64,000 bases of DNA. It comes from Lama glama (taxonomy: Eukaryota). The position numbers and the translations under genes were made by a program. Each line of letters opens with the position of its first letter. The stretch's first letter is position 1. The stretch lies in NCBI GenBank assembly GCA_028534125.1, contig CM052818.1, forward strand, positions 16,370,001-16,434,000, in the 5' to 3' direction. The notes under the pieces were generated by a model. It was not told the DNA's origin. It ran no database searches and worked only from the letters and a program-made list of their open reading frames with translations. Below, one piece after another: positions 63,983 to 64,000 of the stretch.

Positions 63983-64000
63983 CAGACTCTGCATAAAGAG

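Noticed and set aside
1..64000. CRISPR arrays, operons or prokaryotic defence systems
   Set aside because: Mammalian DNA; no repeat-spacer arrays or gene-dense coding regions are present

Overview
AT-rich, CpG-poor, repeat-dense mammalian genomic DNA. It is most likely from a camelid (camel, llama or alpaca): there is a Vic-1-type tRNA-derived SINE and several young cetartiodactyl-type L1s, and I saw no Alu, B1, Bov-tA, PRE1, CHR, CanSINE or ERE SINEs. I recognise no protein-coding gene. Entries in the ORF track are decayed L1 ORF1/ORF2 pieces, microsatellite or N-gap read-through, or short chance ORFs. The window looks intergenic or deep-intronic. It is a mosaic of L1 of many ages, HAL1, L2, MIR, MaLR (MLT1), ERVL (MLT2, LTR16/LTR33-like, one internal protease remnant) and an ERV1 solo LTR, with three 500-N scaffold gaps. 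I found no convincing novel biological system. The most interesting details are a 5'-inverted (twin-primed) L1 with TSDs, a SINE with a possible 3' transduction, nested insertions with TSDs, a CpG-rich Z-DNA-prone tract, and a few candidate regulatory clusters and non-coding exons. Repeat subfamily names come from my recollection of consensus sequences, not from a RepeatMasker run, and most boundaries are approximate.
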